DNA of 64,000 bases from contig CAWAUM010000011.1 of the NCBI GenBank assembly GCA_963785235.1, positions 160,001 through 224,000 of the forward strand, written 5' to 3'. The first letter of the stretch is position 1. Each line of letters opens with the position of its first letter. A model generated the notes under the pieces. The model was not told the DNA's origin and did no database searches. It saw only the letters and a program-made list of their open reading frames with translations. The translations under genes and the position numbers were made by a program. This document shows, piece after piece, positions 45,254-54,497 of this stretch. The stretch is from an uncultured delta proteobacterium. GTDB lineage: Bacteria; Desulfobacterota; Desulfomonilia; UBA1062.

Positions 45254-45286
45254 CTCATGGTACAACAAAACAAGAAGGAGGAGCAC

Positions 45287-45652
45287 ATGAGAAAATCGGC
45301 AAGATCTGGTTTGGTCACTTTTCCTGGTTCTGATATTCGCCTTCAGCGCCGCCTATGCCCAGGACAGGGACAGGTCAAGGGACAGGGACCGTGACAAGTC
45401 ATGCCTGTCCTATCAATACGAGCAGAAGTCAGGGTTCAGCCTGAGCTGACAACAAGGACAGGACACAGGGACAGGGACAAGGATAAATCCTGTTTGTCGT
45501 ATGACAGGACAAGAGACAGGGACAGAAAACGTGACAAATCCTGCCTGTCTTATCAGGATGAGCAGGGCACAGAGTACAGCCCATTCAACAAGCAGAACAG
45601 GAAACGGGGTGGAGACCGGGACCGGAAGCGCGACGGGTCCTGCGTATCGTAA
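45287..45652 (+). CDS. Small secreted Asp/Arg-rich repeat protein (4x DRxxD[KG]SC[LV]S), frameshifted
   Basis: SD AAGGAGG, signal peptide FLVLIFAFSAAYA-Q, four 33-bp repeat units; frame breaks near 45320 and 45444-45468. Confidence 0.7.
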
Positions 45653-45689
45653 GGAATCATTCCATAGCGGTTCATGAATCGGAACAGGC

Positions 45690-45722
45690 ACAGGGGCGGG
45701 CGATAGAGTCCGCCCCTGTTTA
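45690..45722 (+). terminator. Intrinsic terminator after the repeat-protein gene
   Basis: acaggggcgggc-gataga-gtccgcccctgt-tt. Confidence 0.65.
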
Positions 45723-45744
45723 CTCAAAGGTAAACTTGCCTTTG

Positions 45745-45770
45745 TGTAACCTTGCGGCTATTCCATCGTT
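45745..45770 (+). promoter_or_regulatory. ECF sigma promoter 2 (autoregulatory)
   Basis: TGTAACC-N15-CGTT ending 12 nt before the sigma ATG. Confidence 0.75.
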
Positions 45771-45782
45771 ATAGGGTGAACA

Positions 45783-46262
45783 ATGCAGAGCCATACATCC
45801 ATGTTTGAACAGTACAAGTCCAAGCTCTTTTCCTACCTGATGCGCATGAACGGAAATTACGACCTTTCCCAGGACATCCTCCAGGATACCTTCAGGCGCT
45901 ACCTGGAGCATTACTCAAGCCAGGATGCATCCGCCTCACTGCTGTTCACCATCGCGCGCAACGCCCTGATCGATCACTTTAGAAAAAACCGGTCCCATAG
46001 CCCGCTGGATGAGGAACAACACCATGATCATGGGAATAACGCCGAGCAGCATGTCCTGATAAAAGAAAGTTATAGAAGGATGCTTCATGCATTGAACATT
46101 CTGCCTGAGGAAGAACGGGAGGTGCTCTCGCTTGCCGTTAGCAGCGAGCTGCCATACTCTGAGATCGCCTCCATCATGAACCTGACCGAAGCGAACGTGA
46201 AGGTAAAGATTCACCGGGCAAGACAGAAATTAAAAGAGATCCTCCAAGGAGGTCAGCCATGA
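45783..46262 (+). CDS. ECF sigma factor
   Basis: Region 2 (DILQDTF, LFTIARNALIDHFR) and region 4 (YSEIA..M......VKVKIHRAR). Confidence 0.93.
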   Translation: MQSHTSMFEQYKSKLFSYLMRMNGNYDLSQDILQDTFRRYLEHYSSQDASASLLFTIARNALIDHFRKNRSHSPLDEEQHHDHGNNAEQHVLIKESYRRMLHALNILPEEEREVLSLAVSSELPYSEIASIMNLTEANVKVKIHRARQKLKEILQGGQP

Positions 46263-46825
46263 AAGACGAGCTGATCAGTTTGTTCATCGATGACGAGATG
46301 GAACTGGACGAAAAGATAGAATTTGTGGAGCAGGTGTATACGGACGCTGCATTCAAGGCCAGCACCATCGAATTCCTGCAGATGGAGAAAGACATAAGGG
46401 GCGATGTGGTTGCGCAGGTGCCCGAAGTGAGCGTCCCTGCGAGAAAGACCGCACCAAGGGTATTCCGCCCCGTGCATCTTGCTGCTGCTTCTCTGGCCGC
46501 TGCTGCAGCATTACTGTTCTTTCTGTTCTGGCCGGTACGTCAGGGGGCTCCCATGCCGAATGAGCCCTACCGGTTTGTACTCTATCGCCCCGATGTTGCC
46601 GAGGCGGCGATTGCAGGCGACTTCACGGGCTGGGGCCAGGTGCCGCTGCAGCGCATCGGATCGAGCGGCTACTGGGAGATTACCCTGGACCTCCCCAGGG
46701 GTGAGCACCGGTATATATTCATCCTCGGCGGCACAACACGGGTCCCTGATCCCACGGTCATGACACGGGAGAAGGATGATTTCGGGGGTGAAAACTCAAT
46801 CCTCATGACAGGGACCAGCATATGA
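46259..46825 (+). CDS. Putative anti-sigma factor with a C-terminal CBM48/AMPK-beta-like glycogen-binding domain
   Basis: ELISLFIDDEM (anti-sigma-like N-terminus), one TM, IAGDFTGW...YWEITLDLPRGEHRYIF...VPDP...DDFGGENS. Confidence 0.8.
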   Translation: MKDELISLFIDDEMELDEKIEFVEQVYTDAAFKASTIEFLQMEKDIRGDVVAQVPEVSVPARKTAPRVFRPVHLAAASLAAAAALLFFLFWPVRQGAPMPNEPYRFVLYRPDVAEAAIAGDFTGWGQVPLQRIGSSGYWEITLDLPRGEHRYIFILGGTTRVPDPTVMTREKDDFGGENSILMTGTSI

Positions 46826-47148
46826 AACGCCTGTGCATCCTGCTCTGGGCATTACTTCTACTCACTCAGGGGTGTGCGCACCATAACCTCAAGGTCGCGG
46901 GCGATACCATCACCCTTACCCTCATTGCACCACGATCGGATGACGTGCAGTTTGCATGCTCCCTCGATGGGTTTGTGCCGCACCCGGCCCGCAAGGTGGA
47001 TGACTCAACATGGGAAGTTAAGCTTCCTTCAGCAAGCGAGTTCAGCTATTTCTACCTGGTGGACGGGAAGGTCTTTGCGCCGGAGTGCGCATATACGGAG
47101 CTGGATGATTTCGGATCAAGAAACTGCATGTATGTCCCCGGGATGTAA
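46822..47148 (+). CDS. Lipoprotein with a CBM48-like domain
   Basis: Lipobox TQGC; VQFACSLDGF, TWEV, FSYFYLVDG, DDFGSRNC. Confidence 0.75.
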   Translation: MKRLCILLWALLLLTQGCAHHNLKVAGDTITLTLIAPRSDDVQFACSLDGFVPHPARKVDDSTWEVKLPSASEFSYFYLVDGKVFAPECAYTELDDFGSRNCMYVPGM

Positions 47149-47169
47149 CCTCCATGCCCCTGATCCGTT
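47144..47169 (+). promoter_or_regulatory. ECF sigma promoter 3
   Basis: TGTAACC-N15-CGTT. Confidence 0.75.
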
Positions 47170-47202
47170 TATAGCTAAGACATCATTGAAAAGGAGAGAA
47201 TC

Positions 47203-48262
47203 ATGAAGAGGCTGATACCCATTCTATTCATATTGTTCCTGGGCACCTCCGCGGCGTTCGCCGACGCGATAGATGACGGGCTCGGACAGAACACATCCGC
47301 ACAGGTAAGATCGAGCACAAGGGAGATGGTTAAGGTCGGCATCACGGAAAACGATGCCGTTTCCCTTACCCGGACCATGGTCCAGAACAGGTATCAGGAG
47401 CGTCAGATCCTGCAGGTGCACAAGACTATCCGGGAAGCAAAGCTTGCAGGCCTGCCGCCCGAGCCTCTCATGAACAAGCTCCGCGAGGGCATTGCAAAAC
47501 AGGTTCATCCGGAGCGTGTTGCACAGGCCATAGAGCAGACGCGGGGACGGTATGCGTATGCGTATGGAAAGGCAAAGAGCATTGCCCCTGATGAGGGGAA
47601 GGTCTCATCCCTCGGTAATGCCATTGCCGAAGGAATGGCAGCCGGAATGCGCTCAGCAGATGTGGATGCGATCGCCCAAAGACTTCAGGACCGCACACGG
47701 ACCATGGCTACGGACCAGCGCAGCAAGCTCGCCACACAGAGCTTCATGACCGCCAGGGACATGACAAGACAAGGCGTCTCCCCGGCAACAGGGACGGATG
47801 TCGTGTGCCAGGCACTGGAACGTTCGTGGCAATACCGTGATATGGAAAAGCTCAGAAGCTCATTCATGACGCGCGCCCGCCTCGGGGACGTGCAGGGGCT
47901 CGCCATGAGATATTCCCATGCCATCAGGAGCGGTGTTGATTCAAGCCAGATCGATTCGCATCAGGCTCAGGGGATATCCGGACAGGGCGCCAGAAAAGGC
48001 GGAGGATCACAAGGCAGCGGCCAGGGTACGGGACAGGGCGGCCCTGCATCCGGAGGCAAGGGTGGACCTTCAGGCGAAGGGGGGCCGGTTCAGGTGGAGG
48101 GAGTTCATCCGGTGGAAGTGGCGCTTCTGGCGGCGGCAGCGGTTCTTCCGGCAGTGGCTCTTCGGCAGCGGACGGTGGCGGTTCCGGATCTGGCAGCGGT
48201 TCAGGTTCGGGTGCCGGCGAAGCAGTGGTGGTTCCGGAGCGGGAGGCCGAGGTGGTCATTGA
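47203..48262 (+). CDS. Secreted helical protein with a Gly/Ser-rich disordered tail (frameshifts in the tail)
   Basis: Signal peptide; GLPPEPLMNKLREGIAK; GS-rich tail continues in shifted frames to TGA 48262. Confidence 0.75.
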
Positions 48263-48552
48263 GAACAATATGAAAAAAATGCTATTCGTCATGCAAACAA
48301 GGAGGTAATCCTGAAAACAAAGGGGAGAAAGAGTCAGGGAATAGGATTACAGCATGTGGCATATTTCTTCTCCCCCTTCTTTGGTCCTTTACCCCCCCTG
48401 CAGGCTTCGACCCTCAGCTTTACAAAAAAAGAGGAGCTCATATTCTTGCGTTAAATGGGATTCTCTGCATAGTATCCAGGGTGAGATTTGCCAAGGTAAA
48501 GGCGTGCTCTGGCCTGAGTATTATGATCCAGAAGCAGTAGTACTGGCCGGTC

Positions 48553-49242
48553 CTATTCCCCTTCGGAGAGGTCTTCAAGTGCCTTGCGGTCCAGAATAGT
48601 GATCATCTTCCCCTGAACTTCCAGTACGCGATCGTTCTGCATCTTTCTGAGTGCCCGGGAAAGGGCCTCGGGTGTTGATCCGAGTATCTTGGACAGCTCA
48701 CGATGGCTGATGGGCAGCTCAATCCTTTCCCCGTTCCCCTTATTTTCACGGACCTGGGTGAGGATGAGAAATGAGGCCAAACGCTGGGGGATCTCCTTGA
48801 GCGCCAGGGACTCGATGAGTGTCATGGATTCCTTGAGCCGGCGGGATAACACCCTCAGGATGTTCAGGAGGAGCGCGGGCTCTTTCATGACGATCTCCTC
48901 CACTGCTGCGCCTGGAATGGTGAGGATGTCGGACTTTTTCAGAGCCACAGTCTCTGCGGGAAAGTCATGGGTGGCAAAGGCGGTGCACAGACCGAAAGGT
49001 TCCCCTGGCCCTAAAAGGTACAGGGTCTGTTCCTTGCCCTCCATGGAGGTCTTGGAGAGTTTCACCTGCCCTGAAACAACGACAAAGAACGCCTTGACCA
49101 GGTCTGTCTCGGCAATGATCATCTCTCCGGGCTGGTATGTCCCGATGAGAACACGCCGGGAAAGGGCCTCCAGTACTTCATCGGAGAGCCCCTGGAAGAG
49201 TGCTATGTCCTGAATCTGTTTGCGCGTGTCCATAAAAATCAT
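48553..49242 (-). CDS. Crp/Fnr family transcriptional regulator
   Basis: cNMP-type domain (SGQVKLSK, GPGEPFG), QRLASFL, HTH STPEALSR. Confidence 0.93.
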   Translation of the reverse strand: MIFMDTRKQIQDIALFQGLSDEVLEALSRRVLIGTYQPGEMIIAETDLVKAFFVVVSGQVKLSKTSMEGKEQTLYLLGPGEPFGLCTAFATHDFPAETVALKKSDILTIPGAAVEEIVMKEPALLLNILRVLSRRLKESMTLIESLALKEIPQRLASFLILTQVRENKGNGERIELPISHRELSKILGSTPEALSRALRKMQNDRVLEVQGKMITILDRKALEDLSEGE

Positions 49243-49244
49243 TC

Positions 49245-49262
49245 CATTGATCTAGATCAATG
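49245..49262. promoter_or_regulatory. FNR-type binding site between crp/fnr and trxA
   Basis: CATTGAT-CTAG-ATCAATG, a perfect 18-bp palindrome. Confidence 0.8.
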
Positions 49263-49366
49263 ACCATACCACTGATCCGACCTATATGTAACATCATGGG
49301 ATGAGGCCTTGTTATCATAAAGAAGAATCCCGGGGCAAAAGAATTCACAGCTGTAAGGAGTGTAAA

Positions 49367-49702
49367 ATGACGGATAAAGAATACGTAACCCATGCCGATG
49401 ACAACACGTTTGATGCCCTTGCCTTAAAGGCTGAAAGCCCGGCCCTGGTGGATTTCTGGGCGCCCTGGTGCGGACCCTGCCGGGCTATCGGGCCGGTTCT
49501 GGAAGAGGTAGCCAGGGAATATGACGGACGGGTGAATGTGGTGAAGGTGAACGTTGACGAGAGCCCTGAGACATCGAGAAAATACGGGGTCAGGAGCATC
49601 CCCACCTTATTGTTCATAAACCGGGGACAGGTCCGGGAGACGCAGATAGGCTCGCTCCCCAAGGCACAACTCACGGCTTTTATAGACAGGAACTTAAAGT
49701 AA
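49367..49702 (+). CDS. trxA: Thioredoxin
   Basis: DFWAPWCGPC, GVRSIPTL; SD AAGGAG. Confidence 0.95.
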   Translation: MTDKEYVTHADDNTFDALALKAESPALVDFWAPWCGPCRAIGPVLEEVAREYDGRVNVVKVNVDESPETSRKYGVRSIPTLLFINRGQVRETQIGSLPKAQLTAFIDRNLK

Positions 49703-49740
49703 TACCCTGTAAACCACAAAGAGAGAAAGGAAGGTCGGCT

Positions 49741-49896
49741 ATGAGCGATTTCTGGATATTCATAATAGCACTGGGTGCCTGGTTCTTTATCCAGACCTGG
49801 CTGCTCCCAAAGCTGGGTGTCCGCACCTGAGCATCGGGACCGGCCTGCCGGGCGGCAGACAAGACAGACCATAAGAAAATAGGACCGAGGGTTTAA
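49741..49896 (+). CDS. Small membrane protein, 29 aa or 51 aa if TGA 49828-49830 is Sec
   Basis: MSDFWIFIIALGAWFFIQTWLLPKLGVRT-TGA-ASGPACRAADKTDHKKIGPRV; SD AAGGAAGG; hairpin ctgcc-GGGC-ggcag after the UGA. Confidence 0.55.
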
Positions 49897-50057
49897 AGAT
49901 GAGATCAGGCCAGGCATCACCTGTGCGGAATTCTACGATGCATGCCTTCGGCCTAACGAATACCATAACCGGTTTGTTTTTTATTTTTATATGACCGTAC
50001 CATTGAATTGTCCGGATACGATCTTATTACATTATTACTTAAAAAAAGGAGGGCATT

Positions 50058-50264
50058 ATGACCAAAAATATGGGGACCGTTGACCGGGTCATCAGGGCAG
50101 TCCTGGCTATTGTTGTTCTTCTCCTGTATCTGGCGGGCGCTATAACCGGTATTGCAGCTGTCATCCTGGGTATCTTTGCTGCGATCTTCATCATCACAAG
50201 CATTGCAGGCTACTGCCCGCTTTATGTGCCCTTGAAGATTTCCACCAGAAAGCATGTTTCATAA
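50058..50264 (+). CDS. DUF2892 (YgaP-like) membrane protein
   Basis: KNMGTVDRVIR...GYCPLY..LKIST. Confidence 0.9.
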   Translation: MTKNMGTVDRVIRAVLAIVVLLLYLAGAITGIAAVILGIFAAIFIITSIAGYCPLYVPLKISTRKHVS

Positions 50265-50289
50265 TGAAAAAACCCTCCAGGAGGTAATC

Positions 50290-51579
50290 ATGAAGAGAGG
50301 TAGTATCATTGTAGCAATGGCATTTCTGGCCAGTATCGGAATAAGCTCAGTCGCCCTTGCCACCAACGGCGACAACCTCATCGGCATCGGGCCCAATGCA
50401 CGCGCCATGGGCGGCGTCGGCATAGCAGCCCCGCAGGACGCCATCAGCTCGGTCTTTGCCAACCCTGCAAGCCTCTGTACAGGCCCCTACTGCCCGTCAA
50501 CATCGTTTGATTTTGCGGGCACGCTCTTTATGCCCCATGTAAAGGCAGAGGTAAGGCATGCCACCTCCACGGTAAAGGACTCGAGCGAGAGTGCCGTTTA
50601 TGCCATTCCGGCTATCGGGATTTCCGTGCCTATTACGGACAAGCTGCCTGTATGGAGGTTCGGCATTGCCGCCTACGGCGTTACGGGTCTCGGCGTGGAT
50701 TACCGGGGCGGGGATCTTGATAACCCCTCGTATTATAATTTCGGGGGAGGGGTCACTGCGCCGCTTATCCAGGGGGATTATACCTCGCTCCAGGTCATGA
50801 AGTTTGCGCCTGCACTGGGCGTGCTGCTCACGGATAAGCTCTCCTTAGGCATGGCCGTTCACATCGACTATGCAATGCTTGATCTCAGAAATGGCACCTC
50901 TCCGGACTATACCGCCGGGGTGCAGTTAGGTCTTATCTTCATGCCCACCGATTTCATCAACCTGGGATTCAGTTACATCACCCCCCAGGAAACCGTCCAT
51001 GACAACATCAACCTCCCCAACCTGGAGAGATTGAAGCTGGAATCACCCCATCAGCTTGGAGCAGGCATCTCCTATGAGATACCGTCTGCCATGAACCTCC
51101 TGGTGGAGACCGATATAAAGTGGCTGAACTGGGCGAATGCCGCAGGCTACAAGGACTTTGACTGGAAAAACCAGTGGGTCTATGCCATCGGGGTGAAGGT
51201 GGAGCCGGTCAAGAAGCTCACCCTCAGGGCCGGATTCAACTATGCCAAGAGCCCTGTTGAAGAGCACGACGGGTTCAACGGCAGCTTCAACCCGGCAACA
51301 GGACAGCCCAACAGTGCGGTCAATGTCCAGGGAACCATATTCCCTGCCTACTACTACGAGACCTTTAGGATCATCGGCTTCCCGGCCGTGGTGGAAAAGC
51401 ATGTGACCTGTGGCGTCGGCTACAGCTTCACTGAGCGATTCTCCATGAACCTGGGCTATATGCACGCCTTTGAAAAGACCATCTCCGAGAGCGGCACCGA
51501 CCCCTTCGGGCAGCCTGTTACCCTGAAATCCAAGCTGAGCGAGGACAGCCTCGACTTCGGGCTCACCTGGTACTTCTAA
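50290..51579 (+). CDS. OmpP1/FadL family outer-membrane transporter
   Basis: Signal peptide, ATNGDNLIG...AMGG...NPA, C-terminal aromatic residue (WYF). Confidence 0.88.
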   Translation: MKRGSIIVAMAFLASIGISSVALATNGDNLIGIGPNARAMGGVGIAAPQDAISSVFANPASLCTGPYCPSTSFDFAGTLFMPHVKAEVRHATSTVKDSSESAVYAIPAIGISVPITDKLPVWRFGIAAYGVTGLGVDYRGGDLDNPSYYNFGGGVTAPLIQGDYTSLQVMKFAPALGVLLTDKLSLGMAVHIDYAMLDLRNGTSPDYTAGVQLGLIFMPTDFINLGFSYITPQETVHDNINLPNLERLKLESPHQLGAGISYEIPSAMNLLVETDIKWLNWANAAGYKDFDWKNQWVYAIGVKVEPVKKLTLRAGFNYAKSPVEEHDGFNGSFNPATGQPNSAVNVQGTIFPAYYYETFRIIGFPAVVEKHVTCGVGYSFTERFSMNLGYMHAFEKTISESGTDPFGQPVTLKSKLSEDSLDFGLTWYF

Positions 51580-51645
51580 AAGGTGTTGGGTAATAGGTAA
51601 GCTGGGCAGAAGAAAGATACACGGAGTCGAGAAAACAGGAGATTG

Positions 51646-52879
51646 ATGATGAAAAAAATCTTGATCATCGGGGCCGGGACAGCAGGGACCATGATGTCGG
51701 TTCACCTGTCGCGCAAGCTGGACCGGAAGGAATGGACCATCACGGTTCTGGACAAAGATGAGAACCATTATTACCAGCCCGGGTATCTCTTCATGCCATT
51801 CGGGATCTATACAAAACACGATGTGATCCGCAAAGGTGCGAAATATATCCCAGCAGGGGTCGAATATCTGCTGGCCGAGGCCGAGCAGATCGTTGCCGAC
51901 CAGAACCGTGTCAAACTGAAAGACGGCCGCGAGATCGCCTATGACATCCTGATCATTGCCACCGGCACCACCATCCATCCCGAAGAGACCCAAGGCATGA
52001 TGGAAAATGGCTGGCGCGAGAACATCTTTGATTTCTACACCGCTGACGGCGCCGAGGCCCTGGGCAGGAAACTGCCCGGTTTCAAGGGCGGCAAGGTGGC
52101 GATACATGTGGCGGAGATGCCCATCAAATGCCCGGTGGCGCCCCTGGAAATCGCATTCATGACCGACTGGTATTTCACGCAGAGAGGGATCCGCAAGGAC
52201 GTGGCCATGGATTTCGTCACCCCCCTGGCAGGGGCCTTCAGCAAACCTCTCACCGCCAAGGTCATGGGTCACATGCTGGGTGAGCGCGGGATCAACATGG
52301 TGGCCGATTTCGGAACCGAGCGGGTCGAACCCGGAAAACTCATCAGTTATGATAACCGCAGCGTGGATTACGACCTCCTGATCACTACACCGACCAACAT
52401 GGGTGATGCACTCATGGCACGTTCCGGTCTGGGAGACGATCTCAACTTTGTGCCGACAGACAAACACACCCTGCAGGCTGCAGCCAAAGACAACATCTTC
52501 GCCCTGGGCGACGCCACCAACCTGCCCAGTTCCAAGGCCGGCTCGGTGGTCCATTTCCAGTCCGAGATCCTCACCGAGAACATCCTGAGCTATATCAAGC
52601 GGCAAGGAGCTTAAGGCCAGCTTTGACGGGCATTCCAACTGCTTCATAGAATCGGGCTACGGCAAGGCCTTTCTCCTCGATTTCAATTACGACCTGGATC
52701 CGGTGGAAGGCACCTATCCGTTTCCCGTAGTGGGCCCTTTCAGCCTGCTGAAGGAGACCCGCCTCAACCACCTCGGCAAACTGTCCATGAAATTTGTCTA
52801 TTGGAACATCCTGCTCAGGGGCATCCCCGTGCCCGGAATTACCTCCAAGATGGGCAGGGCAGGCAAGATAATTCCTTAA
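51646..52879 (+). CDS. sqr: Sulfide:quinone oxidoreductase-like flavoprotein, frameshift near 52602
   Basis: GAGTAG, YQPG, IKCPVAP, GDATNLPSSKAGS; C-terminus FDGHSNCFIESG...YWNILLRG in a shifted frame. Confidence 0.85.
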
Positions 52880-52943
52880 GGAGTCCGTTACCGCATCAAA
52901 AACATAAGGTATCGGGAAACCGATGCATGCAAAGGAGATGAAC

Positions 52944-53258
52944 ATGGCCACAAAAGAGATTGCAGGAAAAACTTTAAATGTAACGGAAGACGGGTATCTC
53001 ACTGATCCGTCCCAGTGGACGCGGGAGGTGGCACAGGCCATTGCCGCCGAAGAGGGCATTACCCTCACGGATGCGCATTGGAAGGTGATCGACTTTTTGA
53101 AGAAGGACTTCGCCGCGACCGGTGTACTGGCATCCATGCGGCGGATAAACAAGACCGGCGGTATCCCCACCAAGGAACTCTATGATCTGTTCCCGGATGG
53201 ACCGCTCAAGAAGGCCGCCCGCATCGCCGGACTGGCCAGGCCCACAAGCTGCGTATAA
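52944..53258 (+). CDS. tusE: TusE/DsrC family sulfur relay protein
   Basis: DGYL, WTREVA, LTDAHWKVI, ELYDLFP.GP, AGLARPTSCV; only the penultimate Cys is present. Confidence 0.88.
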   Translation: MATKEIAGKTLNVTEDGYLTDPSQWTREVAQAIAAEEGITLTDAHWKVIDFLKKDFAATGVLASMRRINKTGGIPTKELYDLFPDGPLKKAARIAGLARPTSCV

Positions 53259-53271
53259 AGGGGAGGACATC

Positions 53272-53742
53272 ATGGCTGACGAAAAGATTAAGAAGGTATC
53301 GATTGTCTGTTCCAAGGGATCCCTCGAAGGGATCTATCCGGCCCTGATCATGGCCAACGGAGCCCGTATGGAAGGGATCGAGGTGAACCTCTTTTTCACC
53401 TTTTTCGGGATGGACGCCATCACCAAGAAGAAGATAAAAAAGATCAAGGTCGCCACCGTCGGCAACCCGGCCATGGGCATACCGACGCTTATCGGCGCAC
53501 TGCCCGGCATGTCCGCCCTTGCCACCAAGATGATGCAGAAAAAGATGGACGCCCTCGATATCCCGCCCATCGACGAATTTATCGAGATGATCAGCGCGGC
53601 AGGCGGCAAACTCTATGCCTGCAAGGCCAGCGTAGACATGTTCGACCTGAAAAAGGAGGACTTTGTCGACGAGGTTCAAAGCATACTGACCGTGGGGGAC
53701 TTTTATGCCCTCGCCGCTGGAGGCCAGATAATCTTTACCTGA
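53272..53742 (+). CDS. DsrE/DsrF/DrsH-like (DsrE2) protein
   Basis: SKGSLE..YPALI, LFFTFFG, KLYAC. Confidence 0.88.
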   Translation: MADEKIKKVSIVCSKGSLEGIYPALIMANGARMEGIEVNLFFTFFGMDAITKKKIKKIKVATVGNPAMGIPTLIGALPGMSALATKMMQKKMDALDIPPIDEFIEMISAAGGKLYACKASVDMFDLKKEDFVDEVQSILTVGDFYALAAGGQIIFT

Positions 53743-53839
53743 TCGTGCCAGCTGTCATGGACAACATCGTGTCACCCATGATAGGTTAAGCGGTAGCTGG
53801 TAACCCAGCCCATGATTGATTACCTGTTAGGGGGAGCAC

Positions 53840-54409
53840 ATGAGCAAGGTCAGCATCGGCGCAAATACCTTTGTCTATCCCATGCCCGTAACCCTGCTGG
53901 GTGCCATGGTGGGCGGAAAACCCAACTTTATGGCGCTCGGCTGGTTGAGCAGGGTCAATGCCAACCCTCCGCTTTTGGGCATAGGGGTGGGGAAACACCA
54001 CTACACCATCAAGGGGATCGAGGAATCCAAAGCCTTCAGCATCAGCTATCCGAGCGCTGATATGATGGATATCACGGATTACTGCGGCATCGTATCAGGT
54101 GAAAAGGCCGACAAGGCGGGCCTTTTCGAGGTGTTCTACGGCGAGCTGAAAAACGCGCCCATGATTACGCAGTGCCCCTTATGTCTGGAGTGCCGGCTTG
54201 TGGAAAAGAACGAGTACGCCACCAACATGTGGTTTGTGGGGGAGATCGTAGGCGGTTATGTCGATGAACACTGTCTGAAGGATGGCAAGCTTGACATCAA
54301 GAAGATGAACCCCCTGTTGCTCACCATGCCCGACAACTCTTATTGGACAGTGGGAGACTATACCGGTAAGGCCTGGGGGTCGGGCAAGGACTTTAAAAAG
54401 AGGAAGTGA
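53840..54409 (+). CDS. Flavin reductase family protein
   Basis: YPMPVTLLG, PNFM, DYCGIVSG, APMI..CPL.LEC, FVGEI. Confidence 0.88.
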   Translation: MSKVSIGANTFVYPMPVTLLGAMVGGKPNFMALGWLSRVNANPPLLGIGVGKHHYTIKGIEESKAFSISYPSADMMDITDYCGIVSGEKADKAGLFEVFYGELKNAPMITQCPLCLECRLVEKNEYATNMWFVGEIVGGYVDEHCLKDGKLDIKKMNPLLLTMPDNSYWTVGDYTGKAWGSGKDFKKRK

Positions 54410-54497
54410 CCTGCCTGATTACCCTGGATTTGATCCAACCGCATTTATGAGACAAACCTGCCTTGAATGTTCTCCTATTTAGGTATGGAGGTAAGCA

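Noticed and set aside
45447-45449. TGA in the repeat peptide as selenocysteine
   Set aside because: Read-through does not return to the repeat frame and no convincing SECIS follows
45381-45652. Spaced repeats as a CRISPR array
   Set aside because: Units vary at synonymous positions, spacing is irregular and there are no cas genes; it is a coding repeat
47924-48292. Pro/Glu-rich minus-strand ORF
   Set aside because: Reverse complement of the Gly/Ser-rich tail of the plus-strand gene
48270-48308. MKKMLFV... mini-ORF as a remnant of a further ECF-module gene
   Set aside because: Only 12 codons; cannot be supported without homologues
49287-49313. Fourth ECF promoter upstream of trxA
   Set aside because: TGTAACA is not followed by CGTT at the 15-nt spacing
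51043-52647. Long antisense ORFs (534 aa here; also 21310-22482, 5001-6077 and others)
   Set aside because: Shadows of well-supported genes on the opposite strand in GC-rich DNA; no motifs
52944-53258. DsrC as evidence of dissimilatory sulfate reduction
   Set aside because: Only one C-terminal Cys (KKAARIAG lacks the second) and no dsrAB nearby; it is TusE-like
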